Below, piece by piece: positions 29,568 through 38,853 of a DNA stretch of 53,456 nt. Source of the stretch: a bacterium (GTDB lineage Archaea; Nanobdellota; Nanobdellia; SCGC-AAA011-G17; GW2011-AR17); contig JAUYPF010000035.1 in NCBI GenBank assembly GCA_030697685.1, forward strand, positions 1-53,456, given 5' to 3'. How positions within the stretch are numbered: position 1 is the first letter of the stretch; every line of letters begins with the position of its first letter. Below the pieces are notes generated by a model. It worked only from the letters and a program-made list of their open reading frames with translations. It made no database searches and was not told the DNA's origin. Both the position numbers and the translations under genes were made by a program.

Positions 29568-29939
29568 TTATTCTTTCACAAACTCAACATGAGAAATCGC
29601 TCGAAAACCTTCATCTCCTGTAAGAAAAGGAATCTCGAGTTTCCGTGCAAGAGCGTATCCTAAACAATCAACATAGGAAAGTTTTTTTGCTCTATGTTTT
29701 AATTTAAAGTGCATAGCCAGCTCAACATCATCAAGTGTAGGTGTAATAATGAGTGAACGAAAAATAGTAAGAACTTCTTGTGCATCTTCATAACCATATT
29801 CACGAAGAACAAAATAATATACCTCCATAATATTATAAAGGCTCGTAACTCCTACATATTCACTAAAATAAGGAACATAATTTTCACTCTTATTAATATA
29901 TGCAAGAATCGCATAAGAGTCATAATAATATTTATTCAT
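29568..29939 (-). CDS. vapC: PIN-domain VapC toxin
   Basis: YDSYA, E, LSYVDC, LTGD.F acidic tetrad. Confidence 0.9.
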   Translation of the reverse strand: MNKYYYDSYAILAYINKSENYVPYFSEYVGVTSLYNIMEVYYFVLREYGYEDAQEVLTIFRSLIITPTLDDVELAMHFKLKHRAKKLSYVDCLGYALARKLEIPFLTGDEGFRAISHVEFVKE

Positions 29940-30144
29940 AGTATTCCTCTTTAAGCTCCTTTTTTATCTGATCCACAGATTTCTTAAACTTGCAAAGACC
30001 AAACAAAGGAGTGAAGTCTACTTTTTTCTTTTCTTTAATATCAATTTCAATAACATCCCCTACATGAAGATCTTTTCCTTTTAATTCATCTTTTCTCAAA
30101 AGAACTCCATAAGAATTACCCCATTTTTTGATTGTTGCTTCCAT
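29932..30144 (-). CDS. vapB: AbrB/MazE-type antitoxin
   Basis: MEATIKKWGNSYGV; start at ATG 30144. Confidence 0.88.
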   Translation of the reverse strand: MEATIKKWGNSYGVLLRKDELKGKDLHVGDVIEIDIKEKKKVDFTPLFGLCKFKKSVDQIKKELKEEYYE

Positions 30145-30186
30145 GTTTAAACATATGTATAACTCATTAATAAAACTATCTGAGAC

Positions 30187-30209
30187 TTTTCCGAAAGATT
30201 TCCGGTTTT
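30187..30209 (-). promoter_or_regulatory. Quasi-palindromic operator-like site, copy 2
   Basis: Minus strand AAAACCGGAAATCTTTCGGAAAA, 12 nt upstream of TTTATTAA (30174-30167). Confidence 0.55.
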
Positions 30210-30273
30210 CAACCATTTACTCTACTTATCCCTCACAGCAAGATATTTAAAGAAGATATACATTATTTTATAG

Positions 30274-30432
30274 ATGTCAAACGACAAAATCTCTATGCCT
30301 CAATCAGGTGGCGGTTTAATGAGGTATTTTGATGATTATAAAAGTAAAATACAAATCAATAAAAATTGGGTGCTAGTTGCTATTGTTCTAGTGATCGTTA
30401 TCGAACTAGCTCTACAAAAAGGTTTATTTTAA
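30274..30432 (+). CDS. secG: Preprotein translocase subunit Sec61beta
   Basis: MSNDKISMPQSGGGLMRYFDDYKSKIQI plus C-terminal TM helix; not in the ORF track. Confidence 0.92.
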   Translation: MSNDKISMPQSGGGLMRYFDDYKSKIQINKNWVLVAIVLVIVIELALQKGLF

Positions 30433-30433
30433 A

Positions 30434-30757
30434 ATGTTTCAAGGTATGGATCCTCGCTTGGTAAAGCAGGCAATGAAGAAAATGGGAATGAAACAAGAGG
30501 ATATTCCTGCAATAGAGGTAATTATTAAATGTGGAGACAAAAACCTTATCATTCACAACCCTAATGTCCAAAAAATGATTATGATGGGTGAAGAGAGTTT
30601 TCAGATTACAGGTCAAATAGAAGAAACATCTGCAATCAGTGAAGAAGACATTCAGACAGTAATGGAACAAGCATCCTGTTCAAAAGAAACAGCAAAAAAA
30701 GCATTAGAAAAAAGCAATGGAGATCTTGCGCAAGCAATCATCAATGTACAATCCTAA
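30434..30757 (+). CDS. nac: Nascent polypeptide-associated complex protein
   Basis: MDPR..KQAMKKMGM, C-terminal UBA-like EDIQTVMEQA...GDLAQAI. Confidence 0.93.
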   Translation: MFQGMDPRLVKQAMKKMGMKQEDIPAIEVIIKCGDKNLIIHNPNVQKMIMMGEESFQITGQIEETSAISEEDIQTVMEQASCSKETAKKALEKSNGDLAQAIINVQS

Positions 30758-31112
30758 CCTTGATGAAGCAAAAAAAGCATTCAGTAAAGCAGAAGGCATT
30801 ATCGAAAAAAGTTATGCTTTTACAGGAGAACTAAAATTGCTTCCTCTTGCACTACAGCAATTACAGAAAGCAACAAAGTATGCATGGGAATTTCAAGGAG
30901 AGAAAAAACCAAAACTCCTAATAGACTTGGAAAAAATAAACCAAAATAGAAAAGATAGTCCTCTTGAATTCAAAAGAAAAGAAAAACTAGTGATTTGCAC
31001 AAAAGATTACAAAACGACAATCATTGATGAAAAAATAATAAGAAAATATTTACAAAAAACAAAGAGTTACTTACAAAAATGCAAGAAGAAGACCCAGCAC
31101 GAGAAGAATTAA
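30744..31112 (+). CDS. Hypothetical protein
   Basis: ORF coupled to nac; probable start ATG 30744. Confidence 0.65.
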   Translation: MYNPNLDEAKKAFSKAEGIIEKSYAFTGELKLLPLALQQLQKATKYAWEFQGEKKPKLLIDLEKINQNRKDSPLEFKRKEKLVICTKDYKTTIIDEKIIRKYLQKTKSYLQKCKKKTQHEKN

Positions 31113-31513
31113 AAAGAATAGATCATTTGATCTTTGTAACATTAAAATACACAAGAACAGCTGATATTATTCGTACGATTATTGGAAAATTTATTCTCAC
31201 ATTAGACCACCAAACAGAAAAGTATTATAGTTTACAATTTGAAAGAGGGAAAATAAAAGAAACTCCTCGTGTTCCATTAATGCGTATGAAAAAGCTGGAA
31301 CAGATTCATGCAAAAGATAGCAAAGTCAAAGATATTATTGATTTTTACGTTCAATTAAAAGCAATTTACAATGCAGATTTCAAGGCCAAAGAAGAATATA
31401 GAAAAAATGTGACATTAGTTACAAAAGGGAAAGAGATAAATATTGCAATGCTTAAAGAGTATGTAAATATAATTAAGGAGCATGTCAATTATATCGATGA
31501 ACTTATCAAATGA
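31079..31513 (+). CDS. Hypothetical protein
   Basis: EELKRIDHLIFVTLKYTRT motif; coupled to minD. Confidence 0.7.
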   Translation: MQEEDPAREELKRIDHLIFVTLKYTRTADIIRTIIGKFILTLDHQTEKYYSLQFERGKIKETPRVPLMRMKKLEQIHAKDSKVKDIIDFYVQLKAIYNADFKAKEEYRKNVTLVTKGKEINIAMLKEYVNIIKEHVNYIDELIK

Positions 31514-32274
31514 AAACAATTGGACTCTTAAGTGGAAAAGGTGGTGTGGGAAAAACAAGTACTGCAATTAATCTTGCTGCAGGCCTAAATTCATATGGAA
31601 AACAAACTATCATTATCGACGCAAACCTAACAACTCCAAACATTGGCATACATTTAGGAAGTCCATCAAATTCTATAACTCTCCACCATGTTCTCCAAGG
31701 AAAAAATTCTATTCATGAAGCACTCTATCGTCATCATTCTGGCTTGTATTTCATTCCAGGTTCTCTCGCATTAGAAAACATGGAAAAGCTCAAGGTAAAT
31801 AATCTAAAGGCAATAAAAGAACTAAAAACAGATTATATTATTCTTGATGGCGCTGCAGGCCTTGGAAAAGAAGCCCTAGCAACCTTAGAGCATTGTGATG
31901 AACTCCTTATTGTTACAAATCCAGAACTTCCTGCAATGACAGATGCATTGAAAACAATTCGTATTGCAGAGGAATTAGGAAAAGAAGTAAAAGGAATCAT
32001 AGTCACAAGAACAAAAAAAGATAAATTTGATATTTCCCTGCGCAACATTGAAGCAATGCTGGAAAAACCAATTATTGGAGTCATCCCTGAAGATCCTACC
32101 CTAAGAGAAGCGCTTGCTTTAAAAGGATCTATTGTCTATACACATCCACATTCCAATGCAGCACGAAGTTATCTAAGACTTGCAGCTGCAATTTGCGGAC
32201 AAAAAGGAGAAGAAGAGATGAAACTCAATTGGATTGATAAATTCTTTAAAGTGTTCAAAAGAGTTCCACAGTAA
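31510..32274 (+). CDS. minD: MinD/ParA family ATPase
   Basis: SGKGGVGKT, DANLTTPN, VTNPELPAMTDA, IPED. Confidence 0.92.
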   Translation: MKTIGLLSGKGGVGKTSTAINLAAGLNSYGKQTIIIDANLTTPNIGIHLGSPSNSITLHHVLQGKNSIHEALYRHHSGLYFIPGSLALENMEKLKVNNLKAIKELKTDYIILDGAAGLGKEALATLEHCDELLIVTNPELPAMTDALKTIRIAEELGKEVKGIIVTRTKKDKFDISLRNIEAMLEKPIIGVIPEDPTLREALALKGSIVYTHPHSNAARSYLRLAAAICGQKGEEEMKLNWIDKFFKVFKRVPQ

Positions 32275-32283
32275 AGGAGAAAA

Positions 32284-32532
32284 ATGACAGAATATCTTGC
32301 AGTAACAGAAAACGGAACCTGCTACAAAATTACAGAAAGAAAAAATGGATGGATAATAATGCCTTGGGCTTCTAAAATTGGAACCAATGTGGAAATTGTC
32401 ACAAAAGGAGTATCAAAAGAAGCTCAAGATATAAAAAACATAAAAGAGTTTATTGGAGCTATAGTCTGGTATAAACAAGGAGCAAAAACTTTCAAGACGG
32501 GAAGAATAGAAAAGGTCTATATGGAAATTTAA
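32284..32532 (+). CDS. Small beta-rich hypothetical protein
   Basis: 82-aa ORF with SD AGGAG. Confidence 0.65.
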   Translation: MTEYLAVTENGTCYKITERKNGWIIMPWASKIGTNVEIVTKGVSKEAQDIKNIKEFIGAIVWYKQGAKTFKTGRIEKVYMEI

Positions 32533-32586
32533 AATATATCCTTCACTACCTATGTTTTTTTAAAAAACAAAAAATAAAGAATAACT

Positions 32587-32871
32587 ATGGCAACAGAACT
32601 ACACCCAACACATCTAGAATCTTTAGATCCTGAAAAGACATTTCTTGTTGAAACAGAAGACAGCTCTTTTGTATTCCACCTAACAAAAGGTATATTTTAT
32701 GCACGACGTACCACGAGCAAAGATCCAAGGTATTGTCTAGTCACAAAAATCAATGGGAAAAATAAATATAAAGAATCAGATTTAGATTTATACGCAGAAA
32801 TTTCCTATATGCATCCAAAACTCAATCAAGAAGTTCTTGGTGGCAAAGTAAAGAGCGTTGCATTACGGTAA
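32587..32871 (+). CDS. Small beta-rich hypothetical protein
   Basis: 94-aa ORF; weak similarity to 32284-32532. Confidence 0.65.
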   Translation: MATELHPTHLESLDPEKTFLVETEDSSFVFHLTKGIFYARRTTSKDPRYCLVTKINGKNKYKESDLDLYAEISYMHPKLNQEVLGGKVKSVALR

Positions 32872-32970
32872 ACAAGTAAAGCTATTTTAGCCTATTTAGT
32901 TTACAATCTAAACAGCTGAGTATGAACAGAAAGATTTATATATTTTAAAGTACGTATAAATACTAATAAA

Positions 32971-33201
32971 ATGAAACAAATTAGCTTAAGCATACCTGAA
33001 AATCTTTTAGAAGCATCTAAAGAATACTCTGAAGAATATGGCTATAGAACTGTTCAAGAATTAATAATTGATATTCTAAGGAAAAGAGTCATCTTAGAAA
33101 ATGCAGAAAGATATAGAGAAATCGAAGAACGAATGAAAAAAGGAATAGGCGTAAAAAAAATGAATCAGAAAGATGCAATGAAATATTTGAGGGATCTTTA
33201 A
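32971..33201 (+). CDS. Ribbon-helix-helix antitoxin
   Basis: MKQISLSIPENL...GYRTVQELIIDILR. Confidence 0.82.
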   Translation: MKQISLSIPENLLEASKEYSEEYGYRTVQELIIDILRKRVILENAERYREIEERMKKGIGVKKMNQKDAMKYLRDL

Positions 33202-33453
33202 GTGTATTCTATTGAATTTAGTGATGAGTTTGAAAAAAGTATGCAAAAACTAAAGAAAAAAGACTTAATTATGTTTAAAAATATCCAAAAAAAGCTTCTT
33301 CAGCTTGTAGAAAATCCAGAACACTACAAACCATTAAGAAATGTTCTTGCAGGGTATAGAAGAATCCATTTTGGAAGTTATGTTCTCATTTATAAAATAG
33401 AAGAGGAAACAATTAGAATTATTAATATCGACCATCATGATCATTCTTATTAA
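33202..33453 (+). CDS. relE: RelE/ParE family toxin
   Basis: YSIEFSDEFEK...KPLRNVLAGYRRIHFGSYVLIYKI...DHHD. Confidence 0.9.
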   Translation: MYSIEFSDEFEKSMQKLKKKDLIMFKNIQKKLLQLVENPEHYKPLRNVLAGYRRIHFGSYVLIYKIEEETIRIINIDHHDHSY

Positions 33454-34169
33454 GAAGCACTAAACTTATGTATATGTATCTCAGCAAATGCTTCTTCTTG
33501 TTCTAAATTCACTTTTTTATTATTATGAAGATAGAGAAGTGGAAGCATGGTAAGGATAGTTTCTTCTTTTCCTTTTCCAGGATCTAATTCAGAGAATGGG
33601 ATCATTTTTCTCTGTTTAAACAATCCAGCCAGTTTCTTATACACTTCATCAATGAGAAGAATAATATCAACTTTTTTCTCAGGGATTTCAGGTACACTCC
33701 AAGCCAGGAATTTTTGCAAACGCAATTTTCTTCTTGTATCCACATGTAATGCTTTTTCTAAAGCTCCGATAAGATCTGCAATAGAAACTTTTCTCTTTCT
33801 CGCCTGTGGCGTTCGCACACCCAATCGAGGAATTTCTACTTTATGTTCATGATAAGGAAGATACTCTCCTAACTCTTCAAACTCCTGATTTTCTTGATGA
33901 AAAAGAAAAGCATCAAAATTATTAATATCTTCTTGGACGAGCCTATTTGATTTCATTTTCAAAAGAATCGCAGAAGCAAGAAGCACTTTTCCAGAGATAA
34001 AATAATCCATCTCCTTCATTTTTTTAACAGCAACAATATATTTATGTGTTAATTTTGTCAAATCAACATCCCAAGGATCCATCTGTTCATCCTTCACAAG
34101 GTTATGGAGAATATCTTGCCAAGTAACTTCACTCTCTTTCAAGAGCATATCATAAATTTTTTCTTGCAT
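33450..34169 (-). CDS. scpA: Segregation/condensation kleisin ScpA
   Basis: MDPWDVDL, SGKVLLASAILLKMKS, C-terminal LLYL...LEQEEAFAEI. Confidence 0.9.
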   Translation of the reverse strand: MQEKIYDMLLKESEVTWQDILHNLVKDEQMDPWDVDLTKLTHKYIVAVKKMKEMDYFISGKVLLASAILLKMKSNRLVQEDINNFDAFLFHQENQEFEELGEYLPYHEHKVEIPRLGVRTPQARKRKVSIADLIGALEKALHVDTRRKLRLQKFLAWSVPEIPEKKVDIILLIDEVYKKLAGLFKQRKMIPFSELDPGKGKEETILTMLPLLYLHNNKKVNLEQEEAFAEIHIHKFSAS

Positions 34170-34202
34170 AAATAAATAAGAGAAAAAGAAGTTTATAAAA
34201 CT

Positions 34203-37200
34203 TTAGGGTTTATATTGGATAAGCCAATTCCAGAAAGATTTTTTCTCCTGTTCTGGTGCCTGAGATCTTTCATAATCTCTAACTGCACTTAAGAACAATT
34301 GTTCATCACCAGGACAATAAATCTTTACTTCAAGATAATCGCTAGTATCAAGTACACCACAAGAATCAGAGCCATCTATAATAAAACCTTCTAAAAATCG
34401 TGTAGAAACATCAGAATTCTCTGTAACAAGATATGCAAAGTCTGTAATTAGCGTTCCATTATTAGGACCTATTTCTATTGTACTTTCATCAATTATTGCC
34501 TTATAGACAGCATAAGCCTTTCCTTCTTCCAAAGAACAGCCTCCACAAGTATAACTTCCAGTTTGAAGAGATTCACCAACACATTCTCCATCTATACATG
34601 AATACCCTTCATCACATTCTCTATCATCCTCACAAGGGACACATTCTTCTGGAGCCAAAGAAGGAGCACGAGAAGAACCTGAAGCGTAACACATATTTTT
34701 CTTTTCCACATTAGAAAGAAGCACATCATCATCTAAACAAAGTGCTGCAGTTGCTCCAGCATTATTCCCAACAAAAAGCTCACCAGGATTTTCACAAGTC
34801 CCAGAACAATCATTAGATCTTGTCCATATACCAATACTTCCTCTTTGTCCTAAACAATACATCAAAGTATTTTCATCCGCACAAGACCAATAATTACTTC
34901 TTACAAGATCTTGTTCACAATTATTGCCTAAAACAGGGGTTTCATCAAAAGTCACTTCTTGAGAAGAAGACTTCAGAGTACCACAACCTCCATTTCCTAC
35001 AGAATTAGTCACCCAATGTCCTCTATCAGCATTAGAAGTAAGATAAGGACCATCAACTTCTCCAATACCAGCAACATCTTCACAAGCAGAATATGATCCT
35101 ACTTGTGCACACTTATAATAATAATCATCACCGTCAACATTTCTATCATTGGAAAAACCTTTTTCAACACAATTTTGAGTCTGCTCAACAGAAGTTCTAA
35201 AAAGAGCTGCTCTTTCATCCAACGCATCTTTTACAACCTCTTTTGCCTCTGCTGGAGTTTCTATAACTTCTACAGTATTTCCCCCTATTGAACTAACAAC
35301 TTTATTACCTTTATCATTAGAATATGAAGTCCCATCAATTACACAAGCATTTTTCAATTGTATTGGACCTAAAGGTATAGAAAAAGGGCTTTGAGAAAAA
35401 AAAGTTTTAGGTTCTGTATGTGGGCAAGAATAATCCACACCTTCACCATTAGTGGGTTTTACTCCACAACAACTAATCCAATTTAATGCTGGATCATTTA
35501 TATTGCCATTTTCTTTAGAGAAATCAAGAGTATACGATGAATCCCCTTCTTCTAAATCATAAGAAATTTTTCCATCATAATCCTGTACCTCTCCGCCTTT
35601 TAATTTAAATAGAAGAGAAGCACCTTTTAGAATATCAACCTCTCCATCATCAGCTTTCACTAAATATCCCAAAGAAGGAGAAGAAGAAACAGAAGGGTCA
35701 TAGCCCACATAAAATCTTTTTGCAATAAGAGTATATTGATCATTATAACTAATCAAATCTTTAAAAGCATTATTAACCAATTGAAGAGAAGGCTCATCAT
35801 TATATAAAGTCACTTTTACAGGATCTGCAGCAAAACAAGCATTTCCACGAACAGAAACATCATCATCATAACAACTCCAAATTCCAAGTAAAGATTGAAA
35901 AGATTGCCCCCTATCTATATCACTAATCTCCCAAAGTGGATAAGCATCTCCACACCAAAGTTTTGTAAGAGAACCTATATCCTTTTCAACACCTTGATAA
36001 GAACATGCATTTATAGAACAAGCACCATTATCTAAACTAAATTGAAAATTTGTCCCTGATCCAAAAGCATACTCTGAATTAGAATTATCACTATACTGAG
36101 ACTTTCCACATATTTGTATAGGAACAGCTCCTTTAGGATCTTTTAAGATTAAATTCCCCTTAAAAAGAGTATCATCTATATTTAAAACTAACACATCATC
36201 TTTATTCAAAAGAAAAGGATATTCTAAATATGAATTCTTTCCATCAACAACACTAACTATTTTAAAAAGAATATCTTCACCATTTTCAGGGGAAGAAATA
36301 ATATAACTATAATTCAATGGTTCAGAGACAGTATATTTAAATTTCTCATCAATATAAGTTACCCCATAACTAAAATAGTTATTAGGAGATAAAACTAAGC
36401 CAGTATTACAACTAATTTCACCGTTAGAATTAGAAACAGCATACTTCCCAATAAGATTTTTAGCATAAGGATCATAAGGCCCATACGTCAAAAAATAAGG
36501 CTGAGCAGAGTTAAAATTACAAACACTTTGTTTATTAAATGTCACTTCAAGGGTTTTATCCTCATAATTATAACGAACAACATCCTTTTTACTAGTTAAA
36601 ACAAGATAATACCCATTCAATAAAAAATAAGAATTTTGTGTACTAGATAATGTCGAAGTAGGAGATAAAAAAAGTTGCGAATTACGAATACCCACTCCTA
36701 AAATAGAATCAGTATTTACACTACTATAGGTTATAGTTGTATCAAAATTACCATCAGTCCTTTTAGTATAAGAAAAATAAGTACTTGTATAAGTCTCCAA
36801 ATCATAATCATCAGCTTGTATATCTACACCTTGGTTATTTCCTTTGTCTACTAAAGAAACTTTTTGTTTAGGAGCTAAATAAACTTCAACAAAATTTGGG
36901 CCACCAAGCTCTATTTTAGTCCCCTCATCAGCAGTTAGTTTATATCCTAATAAAGAGCCAGTTGTATCTTTTTGATATTTTAATTGAAAATAAACCTTCT
37001 CCTCACTATCAGGATTAAAAATAACAGTTACTTTTTCAAGATTAGTATCATCAATAGAAGAGACCATAGAACAATCTTTATATTCCCTTTTAGTTCCTCC
37101 TTTCAACAGACTTCCATCCTTTGTAAGCTCATTCCCGGCAAGAATCAAATAATAACCATATTCTCCACTCTGATCTAAAGCAAAAATATTTTCTCCACAA

Positions 37201-37280
37201 ACAATCTTACCAGTAGATTCAGCACCAACAACAAAAGGAAGCAATAAAAGCAGCATTATAAGAATCAATAACTTTTTCAT
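34203..37280 (-). CDS. Large secreted Cys-rich surface protein
   Basis: Signal MKKLLILIMLLLLLPFVVG (ATG 37280), Cys-rich modules such as CEDDRECDEGYSCIDGEC, amphipathic end KKSFWNWL. Confidence 0.8.
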   Translation of the reverse strand: MKKLLILIMLLLLLPFVVGAESTGKIVCGENIFALDQSGEYGYYLILAGNELTKDGSLLKGGTKREYKDCSMVSSIDDTNLEKVTVIFNPDSEEKVYFQLKYQKDTTGSLLGYKLTADEGTKIELGGPNFVEVYLAPKQKVSLVDKGNNQGVDIQADDYDLETYTSTYFSYTKRTDGNFDTTITYSSVNTDSILGVGIRNSQLFLSPTSTLSSTQNSYFLLNGYYLVLTSKKDVVRYNYEDKTLEVTFNKQSVCNFNSAQPYFLTYGPYDPYAKNLIGKYAVSNSNGEISCNTGLVLSPNNYFSYGVTYIDEKFKYTVSEPLNYSYIISSPENGEDILFKIVSVVDGKNSYLEYPFLLNKDDVLVLNIDDTLFKGNLILKDPKGAVPIQICGKSQYSDNSNSEYAFGSGTNFQFSLDNGACSINACSYQGVEKDIGSLTKLWCGDAYPLWEISDIDRGQSFQSLLGIWSCYDDDVSVRGNACFAADPVKVTLYNDEPSLQLVNNAFKDLISYNDQYTLIAKRFYVGYDPSVSSSPSLGYLVKADDGEVDILKGASLLFKLKGGEVQDYDGKISYDLEEGDSSYTLDFSKENGNINDPALNWISCCGVKPTNGEGVDYSCPHTEPKTFFSQSPFSIPLGPIQLKNACVIDGTSYSNDKGNKVVSSIGGNTVEVIETPAEAKEVVKDALDERAALFRTSVEQTQNCVEKGFSNDRNVDGDDYYYKCAQVGSYSACEDVAGIGEVDGPYLTSNADRGHWVTNSVGNGGCGTLKSSSQEVTFDETPVLGNNCEQDLVRSNYWSCADENTLMYCLGQRGSIGIWTRSNDCSGTCENPGELFVGNNAGATAALCLDDDVLLSNVEKKNMCYASGSSRAPSLAPEECVPCEDDRECDEGYSCIDGECVGESLQTGSYTCGGCSLEEGKAYAVYKAIIDESTIEIGPNNGTLITDFAYLVTENSDVSTRFLEGFIIDGSDSCGVLDTSDYLEVKIYCPGDEQLFLSAVRDYERSQAPEQEKKSFWNWLIQYKP

Positions 37281-38116
37281 TCCTCCTCCTCCACACACAT
37301 TTCTTCTTCACAAATGTACCCATCTGCACAATCAAGATCTATGAAACACTCCGCATCTGAAACTAAAGTCACATAATGCTCAGCAAAGAGAAAAGTCATA
37401 TTCTGCTCTCCACCAAAAGACGTCGTATCCTGTAATACATATACATAGGTAAAATTATCCACAGGTGCAACAATAATAGAGGCAACACCATAGGATAACA
37501 ATGTCGTATAATCAATCTCATCAGGATTCGCTATGTCAGCATCCACAATCTGCGTCGCAATACCATACACCCACCCTAATTTTGCCTCAACAAAAGTTTC
37601 ATACGAATCAGTCAAACTATAACTACTCTCAGCAACAGAAACAGTCAAAGGATACTTCACCACAACAGACACAATATTCTGTTCAATATCTACATCAGCA
37701 GAAGCCTCTCCTGTACTAATCGTAAACTCAGGGAATTGCTCTACATTCACACAAGAATTCACCAAAGCAGTAATATAATCATTCAATTCAGAAGTCAATT
37801 GTTCAGAAGAAAGAGTAAGATCCTCTCCATCATAGAGATAATAAGGAACAGCATAAGAATCAGCAACATAACTTTGCTCAGGAAGAGTATAATAGCCACC
37901 AGTATAGCCTATATTAATAACAGCCTCATAGGCAGAAGCATCTACACATTCCTGCACATGTTCAACAACTTCCTGTATTTCAGAAGGATAACTAAGCTCT
38001 TTGCTTATTCCAGTAAAACCCAAAATATCATCTTTGAAAATAAAAAGTAATCCAATAAGAAGTACAATAAGAATTCCTAATACTACAAATAATGTAAACT
38101 GCCCTCTTTTATTCAT
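37277..38116 (-). CDS. Class III signal peptide (pilin-like) surface protein with a C-terminal Cys module
   Basis: MNKRGQFTLFVVLGILIV; CFIDLDCADGYICEEEMC. Confidence 0.8.
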   Translation of the reverse strand: MNKRGQFTLFVVLGILIVLLIGLLFIFKDDILGFTGISKELSYPSEIQEVVEHVQECVDASAYEAVINIGYTGGYYTLPEQSYVADSYAVPYYLYDGEDLTLSSEQLTSELNDYITALVNSCVNVEQFPEFTISTGEASADVDIEQNIVSVVVKYPLTVSVAESSYSLTDSYETFVEAKLGWVYGIATQIVDADIANPDEIDYTTLLSYGVASIIVAPVDNFTYVYVLQDTTSFGGEQNMTFLFAEHYVTLVSDAECFIDLDCADGYICEEEMCVEEEE

Positions 38117-38143
38117 TACAATATTTTCTATGTAATACACTGT

Positions 38144-38572
38144 TTAAATATCTTTCGTACAATCGAGGCGTTGCTGCATATATTTTCCAATAAATTCCTG
38201 AAACTGCAAACCTTCTTTTTGTAATTGAGAATAACTCACAAGAAAATTTTTTCCTTTTGATTTAGGAATTTTTTTTGCTTCTAAAAAAAACCACCCCTTG
38301 TTATCAAAACGAATTGCCAACCAAGCTTCTGCACCAAAAGTATTTGCAAAAATATGCAATTGTTCAAGTTCATCTGCAGAAAAATATTTTTTTTCATCCT
38401 TAATAGATTTACATTCAATTGCAAATATTTTACTTCCATTACTTGCAAGCAAATCTGGCGAAGGTTGTGATGTACTTCCTGATCCTGCACTCCTAACCGT
38501 CGCATAACCCTCTTTCCACAGTAAGTGAAATAATTCCCTTTCCGCGCGACTTCCTTTTGCTTTTTTGGACAT
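38144..38572 (-). CDS. hjc: Holliday junction resolvase Hjc
   Basis: KGSRAEREL, RSAGSG, PDLLA, IECKS. Confidence 0.95.
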   Translation of the reverse strand: MSKKAKGSRAERELFHLLWKEGYATVRSAGSGSTSQPSPDLLASNGSKIFAIECKSIKDEKKYFSADELEQLHIFANTFGAEAWLAIRFDNKGWFFLEAKKIPKSKGKNFLVSYSQLQKEGLQFQEFIGKYMQQRLDCTKDI

Positions 38573-38614
38573 AAAAAAATAAAAGAATAAAGAAATTTAA
38601 AAAGATATCTACAA

Positions 38615-38785
38615 TTAAAGATCTCTTGCCTGAATTGTGCTTCTCTTGTTTGCTTTAGCTCTTTCACAAGCTTTCTTTATCAAAGCAGTAACTTCTTCAT
38701 TTAAATGCTCAGCAAAGTCCCCAGCAACATTCATACCTTCTGCAATCTCTTTAATTTTACTTCGTACAACAACCATTTCTGTCAT
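38615..38785 (-). CDS. Archaeal single histone-fold protein
   Basis: VVRSKIKE...NVAGDF...IKKACERAKANKRSTIQARDL; SD GGAGGT before ATG 38785. Confidence 0.88.
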   Translation of the reverse strand: MTEMVVVRSKIKEIAEGMNVAGDFAEHLNEEVTALIKKACERAKANKRSTIQARDL

Positions 38786-38853
38786 TTTGCATACCTCCAC
38801 TCTATATTGTAATAGTCTGTTTCAAAAAGTCTTGCTATATAAATCTTTCTCAG

